Shown here piece after piece: positions 24,635 through 35,612 of a stretch of DNA of 64,000 nucleotides (its first letter is position 1; the number at the start of each line of letters is the position of its first letter). Both the position numbers and the translations under genes were made by a program. This DNA is from Escherichia phage vB_EcoM_ESCO10, in the sequence record OM386655.1; one strand, given 5' to 3'. A model generated the notes under the pieces. That model made no database searches. It had not been told where the DNA came from and worked only from the letters and a program-made list of their open reading frames with translations.

Positions 24635-25450
24635 ATGCTTAAAGAACAACTGATCGCCGAAGCACAGAATATTGATGCTTCCGTTGCTCTTGATAGTATT
24701 TTCGAATCAGTTAATATTTCTCCGGAAGCAAAAGAAACTTTCGGCACTGTATTCGAAGCTACCGTCAAGCAACACGCCGTTAAACTGGCTGAATCTCATA
24801 TCGCTAAAATCGCTGAAAAAGCGGAAGAAGAAGTTGAGAAAAATAAAGAAGAAGCTGAAGAGAAAGCTGATAAGAAAATCCAAGAAGCTGCCGGTCGTTT
24901 CCTTGACCACGTCGCTAAAGAATGGATGGCTGAAAACCAGCTGGCTGTTGATAAAGGTATTAAAGCCGAACTGTTCGAATCCATGTTGATGGGTATGAAA
25001 GAACTGTTTGTTGAACACAATGTGGTTGTTCCAGAAGAAGCAGTAGACGTTGTCTCTGAGATGGAAGAAGAATTGGCCGAACAGAAAGCCGAAACAGCCC
25101 GTTTGTTCGAAGAAGTTGGCAAGCGTGAAGCATATATTAATTACGTGCAGCGTGAAGTGGCTGTAACTGAAGCAACTAAAGATTTGACCGAATCTCAGAA
25201 AGAAAAAGTTAGTTCTCTGGTAGAAGGCATGGATTATTCCGATGCATTTGGTAAAAAAATTGGCGCTATCGTTGAAATGGTTAAAGGTCAGACCGACGTT
25301 GAAAAACCAATCACTGAAGCCGCTATAAATAAAACTGAAGACGATGCTGCAGCACTGAATTATATTTCGGAAGCAGTTGAAGAAAAAGGCGCTAAGCCTA
25401 CCCTGTCCTTCGCGGACCTGTCTGCAATCGCAGCATCTCGAATTTCTTAA
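24635..25450 (+). CDS. 22: prohead core scaffold protein gp22
   Basis: 271 aa, Glu/Lys-rich helical; position before gene 23. Confidence 0.92.
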   Translation: MLKEQLIAEAQNIDASVALDSIFESVNISPEAKETFGTVFEATVKQHAVKLAESHIAKIAEKAEEEVEKNKEEAEEKADKKIQEAAGRFLDHVAKEWMAENQLAVDKGIKAELFESMLMGMKELFVEHNVVVPEEAVDVVSEMEEELAEQKAETARLFEEVGKREAYINYVQREVAVTEATKDLTESQKEKVSSLVEGMDYSDAFGKKIGAIVEMVKGQTDVEKPITEAAINKTEDDAAALNYISEAVEEKGAKPTLSFADLSAIAASRIS

Positions 25451-25471
25451 TTTAATAAGGTTATACAACAC

Positions 25472-27031
25472 ATGAAAAAGAATGCATTAGTACAAAAATG
25501 GTCCGCTCTGCTGGAAAACGAAGCTCTTCCTGAAATCGTTGGTGCTTCTAAACAAGCCATCATCGCTAAAATCTTTGAAAACCAGGAACAAGATATTCTG
25601 ACCGCTCCTGAATATCGTGACGAAAAAATCTCTGAAGCATTTGGTTCTTTCCTGACTGAAGCCGAAATCGGTGGTGACCACGGTTATGATGCTACCAATA
25701 TCGCAGCTGGCCAGACCTCTGGTGCAGTAACTCAGATTGGGCCGGCAGTAATGGGTATGGTTCGTCGTGCTATTCCTCATCTGATTGCTTTTGATATTTG
25801 TGGTGTTCAGCCTCTGAATAACCCTACTGGTCAGGTATTTGCACTGCGTGCAGTATATGGTAAAGACCCTGTAGCTGCTGGTGCTAAAGAAGCTTTCCAC
25901 CCGATGTATGCTCCGAACGCTATGTTCTCTGGTCAGGGTGCTGCTGAAGCTTTCGAAGCTCTGGCTGCAAGCAAAGTTCTTACCGTTGGTAAAATTTATT
26001 CTCACTTCTTCGAAGCAACCGGTTCTGCACACTTCCAGGCTGTTGAAGCTGTAACCGTTGATGCCGCCGCTACTGATGCTGCTAAACTTGACGTTGAAGT
26101 TACCAAACTGCTCGAAGCTGGTAAGCTGGCAGAAATCGCTGAAGGTATGGCTACTTCTATCGCCGAACTTCAGGAAGGCTTTAACGGTTCCCAGGATAAC
26201 CCGTGGAACGAAATGGGCTTCCGCATCGATAAACAAGTTATCGAAGCTAAATCCCGTCAGCTGAAAGCAAGCTACTCCATCGAACTGGCACAGGACCTTC
26301 GTGCAGTACACGGTATGGATGCAGATGCTGAACTGAGTGGTATTCTTGCTACTGAAATTATGTTGGAAATCAACCGTGAAGTTATCGATTGGATTAACTA
26401 TTCTGCACAGGTTGGTAAATCTGGTATGACCAACACCGTTGGCGCTAAAGCTGGTGTGTTTGACTTCCAGGACCCGATTGATATCCGTGGTGCTCGTTGG
26501 GCCGGTGAAAGCTTTAAAGCTCTCCTGTTCCAGATTGATAAAGAAGCCGCCGAAATCGCTCGTCAGACCGGTCGTGGTGCTGGTAACTTCATCATCGCTT
26601 CCCGTAACGTAGTTAACGTACTGGCTGCAGTTGATACTTCTGTAAGTTATGCCGCTCAGGGTCTTGGTCAAGGTTTCAACGTTGACACTACCAAAGCAGT
26701 ATTTGCCGGTGTTCTTGGTGGTAAATATCGCGTTTACATCGACCAGTATGCTCGTGCTGATTACTTCACCATCGGTTATAAAGGTTCTAACGAAATGGAC
26801 GCAGGTATTTACTATGCTCCTTACGTTGCACTGACCCCACTGCGTGGTTCCGATCCGAAGAACTTCCAGCCGGTAATGGGCTTCAAAACTCGTTACGGTA
26901 TCGGTATTAACCCGTTCGCTGACCCAGCTGCTCAGGCACCTACCAAACGTATTCAGAATGGTATGCCGGACATCGTTAACAGCCTCGGTCTGAATGGTTA
27001 CTTCCGTCGCGTTTACGTTAAAGGTATCTAA
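25472..27031 (+). CDS. 23: major capsid protein gp23
   Basis: 519 aa; size and position as T4 gp23 (521 aa); tandem to gp24, with which it shares family. Confidence 0.97.
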   Translation: MKKNALVQKWSALLENEALPEIVGASKQAIIAKIFENQEQDILTAPEYRDEKISEAFGSFLTEAEIGGDHGYDATNIAAGQTSGAVTQIGPAVMGMVRRAIPHLIAFDICGVQPLNNPTGQVFALRAVYGKDPVAAGAKEAFHPMYAPNAMFSGQGAAEAFEALAASKVLTVGKIYSHFFEATGSAHFQAVEAVTVDAAATDAAKLDVEVTKLLEAGKLAEIAEGMATSIAELQEGFNGSQDNPWNEMGFRIDKQVIEAKSRQLKASYSIELAQDLRAVHGMDADAELSGILATEIMLEINREVIDWINYSAQVGKSGMTNTVGAKAGVFDFQDPIDIRGARWAGESFKALLFQIDKEAAEIARQTGRGAGNFIIASRNVVNVLAAVDTSVSYAAQGLGQGFNVDTTKAVFAGVLGGKYRVYIDQYARADYFTIGYKGSNEMDAGIYYAPYVALTPLRGSDPKNFQPVMGFKTRYGIGINPFADPAAQAPTKRIQNGMPDIVNSLGLNGYFRRVYVKGI

Positions 27032-27047
27032 GATATAACCTTATTAT

Positions 27048-27065
27048 GGGAGACTTCGGTCTCCC
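27048..27065 (+). terminator. terminator hairpin GGGAGAC-UUCG-GUCUCCC
   Basis: 7-bp GC-rich stem, UUCG tetraloop, T-rich tail, 17 nt after gene 23 stop. Confidence 0.7.
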
Positions 27066-27080
27066 ATTCTTGTTTCTGTA

Positions 27081-27347
27081 CTATACAATCTTGACTCTGC
27101 GATTGATAATATCGCGGAAGTCAATACGATTTTCTTGGATTTTCAACCAGTTGCCGGATTTGTCTTTGGTGTGGGTAGAATATTCACCGTTCCACCAGAA
27201 GTCAGTAGCATAAGTCATGGTTTCGTATTTCTTAACTAACGCATTAACTGCATTACCGTTAGGATTGCGGCCAAATTTTTCTACCAAGGCTTTGATGTCT
27301 TTATCAAGAGCGGAAAGTGTAGTACGAATAAAGTTTAACTTGTTCAT
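27081..27347 (-). CDS. hypothetical small protein (88 aa), antisense to the late capsid operon
   Basis: ORF track 27081..27362; ATG 27347 has GAGGAG SD 7 nt upstream; early-type promoter upstream; product MNKLNFIRTTLSALDKDIKALVEKFGRNPNG... has no family I recognise. Confidence 0.5.
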   Translation of the reverse strand: MNKLNFIRTTLSALDKDIKALVEKFGRNPNGNAVNALVKKYETMTYATDFWWNGEYSTHTKDKSGNWLKIQENRIDFRDIINRRVKIV

Positions 27348-27376
27348 TTTTAATCTCCTCATGTTTTGATAGGTCT

Positions 27377-27406
27377 ATAGTAACACGTGATAACCTTGGT
27401 GTAAAC
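27377..27406 (-). promoter_or_regulatory. sigma70/T4 early-type promoter (-35 GTTTACA, 17-nt spacer, -10 TACTAT)
   Basis: Minus-strand read: TTGTTTACAccaaggttatcacgtgtTACTATagacc, positioned 30-60 nt upstream of the antisense ORF. Confidence 0.5.
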
Positions 27407-27412
27407 AACTTT

Positions 27413-27420
27413 TATAAATA
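27413..27420 (+). promoter_or_regulatory. T4-type late promoter TATAAATA
   Basis: Exact TATAAATA 29 nt upstream of gene 24. Confidence 0.75.
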
Positions 27421-27448
27421 AACATATACCCTCAATAAGGAAAGCGCA

Positions 27449-28729
27449 ATGGCAAAGATTAACGAATTACTGCGCGAGTCAACAACTACTACCAGCAACT
27501 CATTGGGTCGCCCTAATCTTGTTGCTTTGACCCGTGCTACCACTAAACTAATTTATCGCGATATCATCGCTGAACAGCGTACAAACCAGCCTATCGCTGC
27601 GTTATACGGTGTCAAATACCTTACCCCTGATAATGAATTTAGCTTCCAGACTGGTGCTACTTACGGTGGTGAAGTTGGTTCTAAAGACCGTGAAACTATC
27701 CCGGAATTAACAGATAAGTCCCAGGCTATTGCCAAGGGTGGCTACTTTAAGTATCAGAATGTGGTTTATAAGGCTCTCGAATCAAGCCCTCTCGCATCTA
27801 CTAGCGCTACAGAATTGTCTGAAGCCCTCCAAGAAGGTTTAGTATCATTAACGTGTCGTTTGGTTCCAGATGCAGCCCACACAGAGAAATTCGAAGCAAA
27901 CGATGTCGAAATTAGCAATGCTGTATTCCAGGTTAATAAATGGAACGCTCCTGTTAAGTCTCGTAAACTTAAAACTTCTTTGACTGTGGAATTAGCCCAA
28001 GATATGGAATCTAATGGCTTCGACGCGCCGGCGTTCTTAGAAGACCTTTTAGCTACTGTAATGGCAGATGAAATCAATAAAGACGTATTACAATCCTTGA
28101 TTACAGTATCTAAACGTTACAGAGTAACAGGTGTATCTGATAACGGAATTATTGATTTATCTTATAATTCTGCTCCAGAAGGCGCACGTAAATTGTACGA
28201 AATGGTTTGTGAGATGAATTCCGAAATTCAGAAAACTACTTCTTATTCCGGTACGTTTGTTGTTGCCTCTAGTCGTGTGGCTGCGATGCTCGCAGGTTCC
28301 GGTTGGTTGAAACATAAACCTGAAGATGAGGCTTGGCTCCCAGAAACAGCTTATGGTTATTTGATTAATGGCTTACCTGTGTTCTGTGATGTGAATAGTC
28401 CATTGGATTATGTTACCGTAGGTGTTAAAGAAGACTACGGCGGTAATGAAGTTGTTGGTTCTATTTTCTACGCCCCGTACACCGAAGGTTTGGATTTAGA
28501 CGATCAAGAACACGTGGGTGCTTATAAGGTTATTGTAGACCCGGATAGTTTACAACCTTCAATTTCTCTAATGGTCCGTTATGCACTTTCGGCTAACCCT
28601 TATACTGTAGCTAAAGACGATAAAGAAGCTCGTATTATCGACGCAACTAATATGGATTTAATGGCAGGCCAGAGTAATATGTCATATCTGCTTGGTGTTA
28701 AACTTCCTCCAATTATTTACGAGGCATAA
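27449..28729 (+). CDS. 24: capsid vertex protein gp24
   Basis: 426 aa; MAKINELLRESTTTTSNSLGRPNLVALTRATTKLIY near-identical to T4 gp24 N-terminus. Confidence 0.95.
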   Translation: MAKINELLRESTTTTSNSLGRPNLVALTRATTKLIYRDIIAEQRTNQPIAALYGVKYLTPDNEFSFQTGATYGGEVGSKDRETIPELTDKSQAIAKGGYFKYQNVVYKALESSPLASTSATELSEALQEGLVSLTCRLVPDAAHTEKFEANDVEISNAVFQVNKWNAPVKSRKLKTSLTVELAQDMESNGFDAPAFLEDLLATVMADEINKDVLQSLITVSKRYRVTGVSDNGIIDLSYNSAPEGARKLYEMVCEMNSEIQKTTSYSGTFVVASSRVAAMLAGSGWLKHKPEDEAWLPETAYGYLINGLPVFCDVNSPLDYVTVGVKEDYGGNEVVGSIFYAPYTEGLDLDDQEHVGAYKVIVDPDSLQPSISLMVRYALSANPYTVAKDDKEARIIDATNMDLMAGQSNMSYLLGVKLPPIIYEA

Positions 28730-30013
28730 ATGAAAAAGATTAATGCATTAATACAAGAATCAACTTTGACGGCGGCGAACCAGGTCGCCCGTCCTAATCT
28801 TCTTTCATATACCCGAGCAACCAATAAAAGAATTTTTAAAGCCCTTGTTGCTGAACAAAAAACTACTCAGCCTGTAGCAGCATTATATGGCGTCCGTGTT
28901 TTAAACCCAGATGATAAAATGACTTATCTTGGTGGAGCTACCTTCGCAGGTGAAATTGGTATGTTTGAACGTAAAAACATTCCTGAGTTCACTAATAAAG
29001 ACGAAGCCTATGCTGCTGGTGATATGTTCCAATTTGAAAGCATAGTTTTCAAGGTATTAGAAGCTTCTCCATTTGCCGGAACCACTGAAACCGATTTAGG
29101 TGAAGTTATTTCAGAAGCTATTGCAGCGGGTCATATTCGTATGATGTCTGATGCAGCCTTTACCAATAAATTTGAAAAAGGGCATCCTGAGATTGCTGAA
29201 GCCGGGTTCCGTATTGATAAGTGGCAGACTGAAGTTAAATCACGTAAACTTAAAACTTCTTTGACTGTAGAACTGGCTCAGGATTTAGAATCTAACGGGT
29301 TTAATGCTCCGGACTTTATCGACAATATTTTGGCTATCCAAATGGCTGAAGAAATCAATAAAGACGTTCTACAATCTTTAATTACCGTGAGTTCACGTTT
29401 TAAAGTCCAGGGTGTTTCCGAAAAAGGTGTACTTAATCTTACTGATGCCGCTTATGATAATGCTCAGGACCGCGCGCGTACTTTATATTACTATATGTGT
29501 GAAATGAATTCTGCGGTTCAACGCCAGACTTCTTTTGCAGGTACTTATGCAGTAGCTAGTTCGCGTTGTGCCGCTATTTTAGCTGCGTCCGGTTGGGTTG
29601 AGAAAAAAGAAGACCAGGACGAATTGGCTTATGGTATATTAAAGAATGGACTACCTCTTTATGCTGATATGAATAGTCCGTGTGATTATGTTATTGTTGG
29701 TGTAAATGCTGATATGGGTGAAGGACAGACGGTCGCATCTTTGTATTATGCGCCATATGTAGAAGGCCTGGAAAACGTAGATGATGAGGGTGATACTTCT
29801 GTAGGTGAATTTAAGGTTATTGTAGACCCGGAAAGTTTGCAACCTACCGTAGCCCTGTTGGCTCGATATGCACTGACAGCAAACCCGTATACCGTTGCCA
29901 AAGATGATAAAGAAGCTCGTATTATTGATGGGTCCGATATGGATAAGATGGCTAACCAAAGTCAATTGAGTTCTTATCTTGGTGTTAAACTTCCTCCATT
30001 GGATAAAAACTAA
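28730..30013 (+). CDS. capsid vertex protein gp24 paralog (tandem duplicate)
   Basis: 427 aa; collinear with upstream gp24 (KSRKLKTSLTVELAQD, EINKDVLQSLITVS, ANPYTVAKDDKEARIID shared) but diverged elsewhere; ATG 1 nt after gp24 stop. Confidence 0.85.
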   Translation: MKKINALIQESTLTAANQVARPNLLSYTRATNKRIFKALVAEQKTTQPVAALYGVRVLNPDDKMTYLGGATFAGEIGMFERKNIPEFTNKDEAYAAGDMFQFESIVFKVLEASPFAGTTETDLGEVISEAIAAGHIRMMSDAAFTNKFEKGHPEIAEAGFRIDKWQTEVKSRKLKTSLTVELAQDLESNGFNAPDFIDNILAIQMAEEINKDVLQSLITVSSRFKVQGVSEKGVLNLTDAAYDNAQDRARTLYYYMCEMNSAVQRQTSFAGTYAVASSRCAAILAASGWVEKKEDQDELAYGILKNGLPLYADMNSPCDYVIVGVNADMGEGQTVASLYYAPYVEGLENVDDEGDTSVGEFKVIVDPESLQPTVALLARYALTANPYTVAKDDKEARIIDGSDMDKMANQSQLSSYLGVKLPPLDKN

Positions 30014-30016
30014 AAA

Positions 30017-30030
30017 GGGCCTTGCGGCCC
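30017..30030. terminator. bidirectional terminator hairpin GGGCC-UUGC-GGCCC
   Basis: Flanked by A5 upstream and T3 downstream; between convergent gp24-paralog and rnlB. Confidence 0.65.
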
Positions 30031-30038
30031 TTTATCGT

Positions 30039-31046
30039 TTATTTGGATACTAATTCAATCCACACAGCTCGTAGCGTATCTTTAACACACTCAATGAGCT
30101 GCTTTTTAACTTCAACAGGATTTTCTGCATCGGTTAATTCTAATTCTTCACGGGACGCCTCTTCCAAAATATCTTGGACTGTTAGTCCCATTACCTTTCC
30201 GAAATCCTTAGGCGTTACTTCACCAATCTTACTGATAACATTGTTAATACGGTTAACAGTCACATAATCAGTGAATTGCCACATCAAGTCCATGTCATCT
30301 TGGGACAACACAACAGCAGCCTTGATAGGCTTATCAGACTTTTTCTTTTCACTGAATTTAGAGTTCTTACATTTAATCGCTACACGATTTCCATTTGGAA
30401 GCCAGGTAGGAACATCAGGTTTCAGTACAAAGCCTTCAGCCGTAAATACTTTGCCTTCAACCTTTGGAATAAAATCAGTCGAGTTTGCGATAGTCAGGCC
30501 TGCATTATCCACTGCAAAATTGTAATCAGGAACCACAGAATCAAAATCATTAGGGAGCTTAATAAGGTCTTCAAAGCTACCAGTAGCCAGACATGGAGCA
30601 ACTTTAAACTTATGGATAATGCAGAATGCTTCCATCAATGTATCAGTCAGAACAGATTCTGTGCCGTCGTCTTTAGTAACGCGGATATCGAACACATAAA
30701 AATCTTTATCACCATAATCAACATTCTTCTGAATACCTGAACCGGCGAACTCACCATAAATCTGGTACGACTGATAATCAATCGATTCAATTAGATGCTG
30801 AACAGATTTAATAGAATCAGCATAATTCTTTAAAACAATTTCATAGCCATAGAAATCTTCGGCTGGGAGAATTGGGCCAGTGCGCTTGGCGCATGTGACT
30901 GCGTCACGTTCTATGATTAGACTAAAGTTCGTACCATGAATCTTTTCACGAGCTACCCATTCACCATCGGTCATACCATGGGTACGGAGTTTTTCAATGA
31001 ACTTATTGTTGTAGTGGTTTTCCAGACTGCTATATTTCTTGAACAT
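30039..31046 (-). CDS. rnlB: RNA ligase 2
   Basis: 335 aa; [13 protein letters not shown]...[19 protein letters not shown]...[21 protein letters not shown] matches T4 Rnl2 (KxHGxN nucleotidyltransferase motif). Confidence 0.93.
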   Translation of the reverse strand: MFKKYSSLENHYNNKFIEKLRTHGMTDGEWVAREKIHGTNFSLIIERDAVTCAKRTGPILPAEDFYGYEIVLKNYADSIKSVQHLIESIDYQSYQIYGEFAGSGIQKNVDYGDKDFYVFDIRVTKDDGTESVLTDTLMEAFCIIHKFKVAPCLATGSFEDLIKLPNDFDSVVPDYNFAVDNAGLTIANSTDFIPKVEGKVFTAEGFVLKPDVPTWLPNGNRVAIKCKNSKFSEKKKSDKPIKAAVVLSQDDMDLMWQFTDYVTVNRINNVISKIGEVTPKDFGKVMGLTVQDILEEASREELELTDAENPVEVKKQLIECVKDTLRAVWIELVSK

Positions 31047-31133
31047 AAATCACCATAATAAATATAATTAAATAGAAGAGCTAGTAATCTTCTGTCACCA
31101 AGCCAAATGGTTTAACGGAAGGACCTAGACCCA

Positions 31134-31373
31134 TTATAACACACCTAAATTTAAAGCATAATACTTTAGACCAAAAACGCGCTTAGCGCCGACCTTTTTA
31201 TTAATCAAACGTTTACGATACACTACTTTTTCTCGTGCTTTAAATTTCTCTTTGGCATTTTCAACTTCAACCCAGGCCTTACCCATTTCTTTAGCTGTCC
31301 CGCCTAAGAGCTTGGCTATTTCAATAAATGTCATACCAGATTCATGTAAAAAATGTACTTTAATCTTATCCAT
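31134..31373 (-). CDS. hypothetical protein (79 aa), possible helix-turn-helix
   Basis: ORF with segment MTFIEIAKLLGGTAKEMGKAW; occupies the T4 24.2/24.3 position downstream of rnlB. Confidence 0.45.
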   Translation of the reverse strand: MDKIKVHFLHESGMTFIEIAKLLGGTAKEMGKAWVEVENAKEKFKAREKVVYRKRLINKKVGAKRVFGLKYYALNLGVL

Positions 31374-31522
31374 AATGATTCCCGTGTTGAGTTAGTGAAG
31401 CCATCTTAACATGGGATTTTTAACTTGTAAACAGGAGTTTTATACCAGATATTCTTGAACGAAAGATTTACTTTACAACCGCTAGTACCTTTAATAAATA
31501 TTAAATTAATAACGGGGGATTT

Positions 31523-32887
<1,365 letters not shown>

Positions 32888-32896
32888 GGACTACAA

Positions 32897-33715
32897 ATGG
32901 CTATTACATTAAGTCCATCTTCAATAGACGTAGAATACGGTGACTCTTATACAGTCACTGCTAATATTCCAGATATTAGCCCTGGTTCATCTATTGTGTA
33001 TAACTGGACTAAGAATAAAAAATTTATTAGTTCCGGAACTAATGTATTCACTGAAATAGCATCATCGGTAGAAACATTAAGTATTGCGTGCCGAATTGAA
33101 ATTATATCACCGGATAAAAACACTGAATATATTTTATCGGATTCTTGCTTGGTTAATGTTAGTAAAAACACAAAAGCGGACGGTATAAATTCTCAGCTAG
33201 TTTATTCACCAGATGTTCATAAAATAGGTGACCAAGTTATTCTTTCTGTAGAATCCCGCCATGTAGACCCTGGCTATATTAAAGGAGTTATTTGGAAAGA
33301 TCCATCGGGTAATGTCGTGTCAATTGGTAAAGAATATACGCATAAGATTAAGACGACAGAAGATGTTGTAGATGTAAAAATAGATTTGGCTTCTGAAAAT
33401 TATGCATATTACAATAAAACACTTCAAATTGTTCTTAAAGCTATTGAAGAAGATAATTCGGAGTGTAGTGTAAGATATATTCATCCTTTAGACCACAGGG
33501 ATTCAGGATACATCTGGATGGGTTGGTGGGTTATGGACGAAATTGAAAGGGCAACGGTAGAAGGATTAAATTGGAAAGCGCCGGACGGTACTGACCTGAA
33601 GTATAAGTGCGACTTGAAAACTCTTTCTATAATGCTTGACTTATATAATAATGTTGAAGTACAAGAATCAAGGAATGGTTATATTCTAAACAGGGCAGAT
33701 TTACTTCCAAAATAA
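32897..33715 (+). CDS. Hoc-like protein (second copy, shorter) with Hoc C-terminal capsid-binding domain
   Basis: 272 aa; C-terminus YIHPLDHRDSGYIWMGWWVMDEIERAT...VEVQESRNGYILNRADL parallels Hoc C-terminus; 9 nt downstream of collagen-like gene. Confidence 0.75.
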   Translation: MAITLSPSSIDVEYGDSYTVTANIPDISPGSSIVYNWTKNKKFISSGTNVFTEIASSVETLSIACRIEIISPDKNTEYILSDSCLVNVSKNTKADGINSQLVYSPDVHKIGDQVILSVESRHVDPGYIKGVIWKDPSGNVVSIGKEYTHKIKTTEDVVDVKIDLASENYAYYNKTLQIVLKAIEEDNSECSVRYIHPLDHRDSGYIWMGWWVMDEIERATVEGLNWKAPDGTDLKYKCDLKTLSIMLDLYNNVEVQESRNGYILNRADLLPK

Positions 33716-33720
33716 AAAAA

Positions 33721-33734
33721 GGGCCGCAAGGCCC
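33721..33734. terminator. bidirectional terminator hairpin GGGCC-GCAA-GGCCC
   Basis: A7 upstream, T3 downstream; between convergent Hoc-like (+) and hoc (-). Confidence 0.65.
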
Positions 33735-33741
33735 TTTATCA

Positions 33742-34845
33742 TTAATAGACGTAATCGTATATAATACCAGCTTCCAATGCCGAACGGTGGACGATACGAC
33801 CGTTACGAGATTCCTGTACATCAACTTCCGGGTAATCACTAAGCATTTTGGCTAATACAGCCAGATGACAATAATACGGTGTATCCTCTTTAGTGGCTTT
33901 TTTCCAATCTGTACTTTCAGATGTTAATTTCTGAATAGCGTCCATAACCCACCAACCACACCAAATATACGCAGTATTACGGACAGGAAGTGGATGTACA
34001 TAAATTAAAGGACATTCTTCTGGAACAACAGGCTCTGCTTCTGCCACCGTAACAGACTTATTACCTGATTTAACTGAATTTGTAAAGCCTGATTGTGATG
34101 CAGTAACTTCACAAGTATATGACTTCAAGCCTTCAGTGGATTCCGTTATTGCTCTTGTTGCTTCTGTTGAGTTGTCGTCCCATTTATATGCAAGAGTAGC
34201 ACCAGGGATAGCAGGGGACACGGAAGCTGTCAAATTGAATGGAACATCAACCGTTGCAGTAGACGGGCCTGAAATCTCAACAGTGAACTCAGGAAATGTA
34301 TTGTTTTCGACCGTAACAACTACTGCATCAGGATTAATAACTTGGTTGTCATAATCTGCAGCAGAAATGGTAATTTGACAAGTTAAAGAAACCGGTCCTG
34401 CAACAGTAGCGGTGCGAGTAATATCTTTGGTAGTTTCACCGGTAGACCACAAATATGCTATTGAAGCTCCACCAGGTTCACCTGTTACATTAGCCGAAGC
34501 TTTATATTCCTGTCCAACTTTAACGGTAGGAGTGGAAGTTGTTAATGTTGCGGTTGCAGACATAGTCTTATTATTAACTGTGATGGTTGTTTGAGCCTCT
34601 GCCGTTTCAGGCTCTCCTTCTTCCGGCGTTGTGGTGGCAACAACTTTAATTACTTTTGAACCTGCTGGCCCAGCTGCAATATAATCCATAGTAGCAATAA
34701 CAGAATCTTGTGGAACCTCATCAACGGTCCATACAAAAGATTCGGTACCAGCGACAGCGGCTCCAGCTCCAGTGGCAGTAAAATTAGTTGTTGCACCTAT
34801 AACCGCTGTAGGTGTTAAAGGGGCAATTGATACAGTATAAGCCAT
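33742..34845 (-). CDS. hoc: highly immunogenic outer capsid protein Hoc
   Basis: ORF track starts at TTG 34857; ATG 34845 with GGAG SD; Ig-like repeats plus C-terminal YVHPLPVRNTAYIWCGWWVMDAIQK...EVDVQESRNGRIVHRSALE as in T4 Hoc. Confidence 0.85.
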   Translation of the reverse strand: MAYTVSIAPLTPTAVIGATTNFTATGAGAAVAGTESFVWTVDEVPQDSVIATMDYIAAGPAGSKVIKVVATTTPEEGEPETAEAQTTITVNNKTMSATATLTTSTPTVKVGQEYKASANVTGEPGGASIAYLWSTGETTKDITRTATVAGPVSLTCQITISAADYDNQVINPDAVVVTVENNTFPEFTVEISGPSTATVDVPFNLTASVSPAIPGATLAYKWDDNSTEATRAITESTEGLKSYTCEVTASQSGFTNSVKSGNKSVTVAEAEPVVPEECPLIYVHPLPVRNTAYIWCGWWVMDAIQKLTSESTDWKKATKEDTPYYCHLAVLAKMLSDYPEVDVQESRNGRIVHRSALEAGIIYDYVY

Positions 34846-34872
34846 AAAAATCTCCAAAAGGCCACTAGGGCC

Positions 34873-35556
34873 TTAGTTTAAACGAATAAAAGATGAGTTA
34901 CGTGTTTCACGAATAAGAATGGAACCGTCACGATTGATATAGTAAATCAAACTAAACAATGTTTGGTGTGCGCTTGCATGAGCAAAAGAAGTGGGGCGTT
35001 CTTTCCAGTCCGGGGTCTCTTTAATCCACTGGTAAATCCACCAAGGGAGGGTACAATACCCAGGAGCTTTGCCCAGCATAAGCAGATTAGGACTAAAATT
35101 TTCAGGTAATTTAAATTTAGGTTTTTCAGATTCAACAATCTTAGATACGGCTTCTTCGAACTTCTCTTCAACAAAAGGAGTTTCAACAACAGCTATTTCA
35201 ACTGTTCCTGGGGTATCTTTTATTTCAATAACTTCAACAGGTTCGGCAGGAGCCGTCGGAGCGTCAAACAATAATTTAGCTTCAATTTTAGATTCTTCAA
35301 CATTTGCCAGGTGAGCATTAGTGCCCTGAAGCTCATCGTCGGCATCGATTAAATCAGTAATAGATAAACCTTCAGTTTCAGGTATAGGTTCATCTGCTAT
35401 AGCCTTAAGGGCTTCAGCGATGTCTATTACCAAGTTGTCAAAACTTTTAGTTTTCTTAAGTTTTAAACCGAACTGTTCGCCGTATTCGATTAACTTAGCT
35501 TTAGCTTCTTTTTTATCTTCGAGTGAACGAAGCTCTTCAATATATTGAGTATCCAT
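34873..35556 (-). CDS. inh: probable inhibitor of prohead protease
   Basis: 227 aa; position between hoc and uvsW and size match T4 Inh; identity by synteny only. Confidence 0.6.
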   Translation of the reverse strand: MDTQYIEELRSLEDKKEAKAKLIEYGEQFGLKLKKTKSFDNLVIDIAEALKAIADEPIPETEGLSITDLIDADDELQGTNAHLANVEESKIEAKLLFDAPTAPAEPVEVIEIKDTPGTVEIAVVETPFVEEKFEEAVSKIVESEKPKFKLPENFSPNLLMLGKAPGYCTLPWWIYQWIKETPDWKERPTSFAHASAHQTLFSLIYYINRDGSILIRETRNSSFIRLN

Positions 35557-35612
35557 AATTAGTCTCTTGTTGGTGTATAAATATAACTATATTTATTACT
35601 GGGATTATTCCA

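Noticed and set aside
24707-25471. 254-aa minus-strand ORF (and the 24672..24989 and 24796..25122 ORFs)
   Set aside because: Antisense or alternate-frame readings within scaffold gene 22 (Glu/Lys-rich); low-complexity products
25487-26671. 394-aa minus-strand ORF
   Set aside because: Antisense inside major capsid gene 23; artefact of biased codon usage
30276-30740. 154-aa plus-strand ORF (and the 30022..30267 and 30271..30525 ORFs)
   Set aside because: Antisense within rnlB, which has strong homology support
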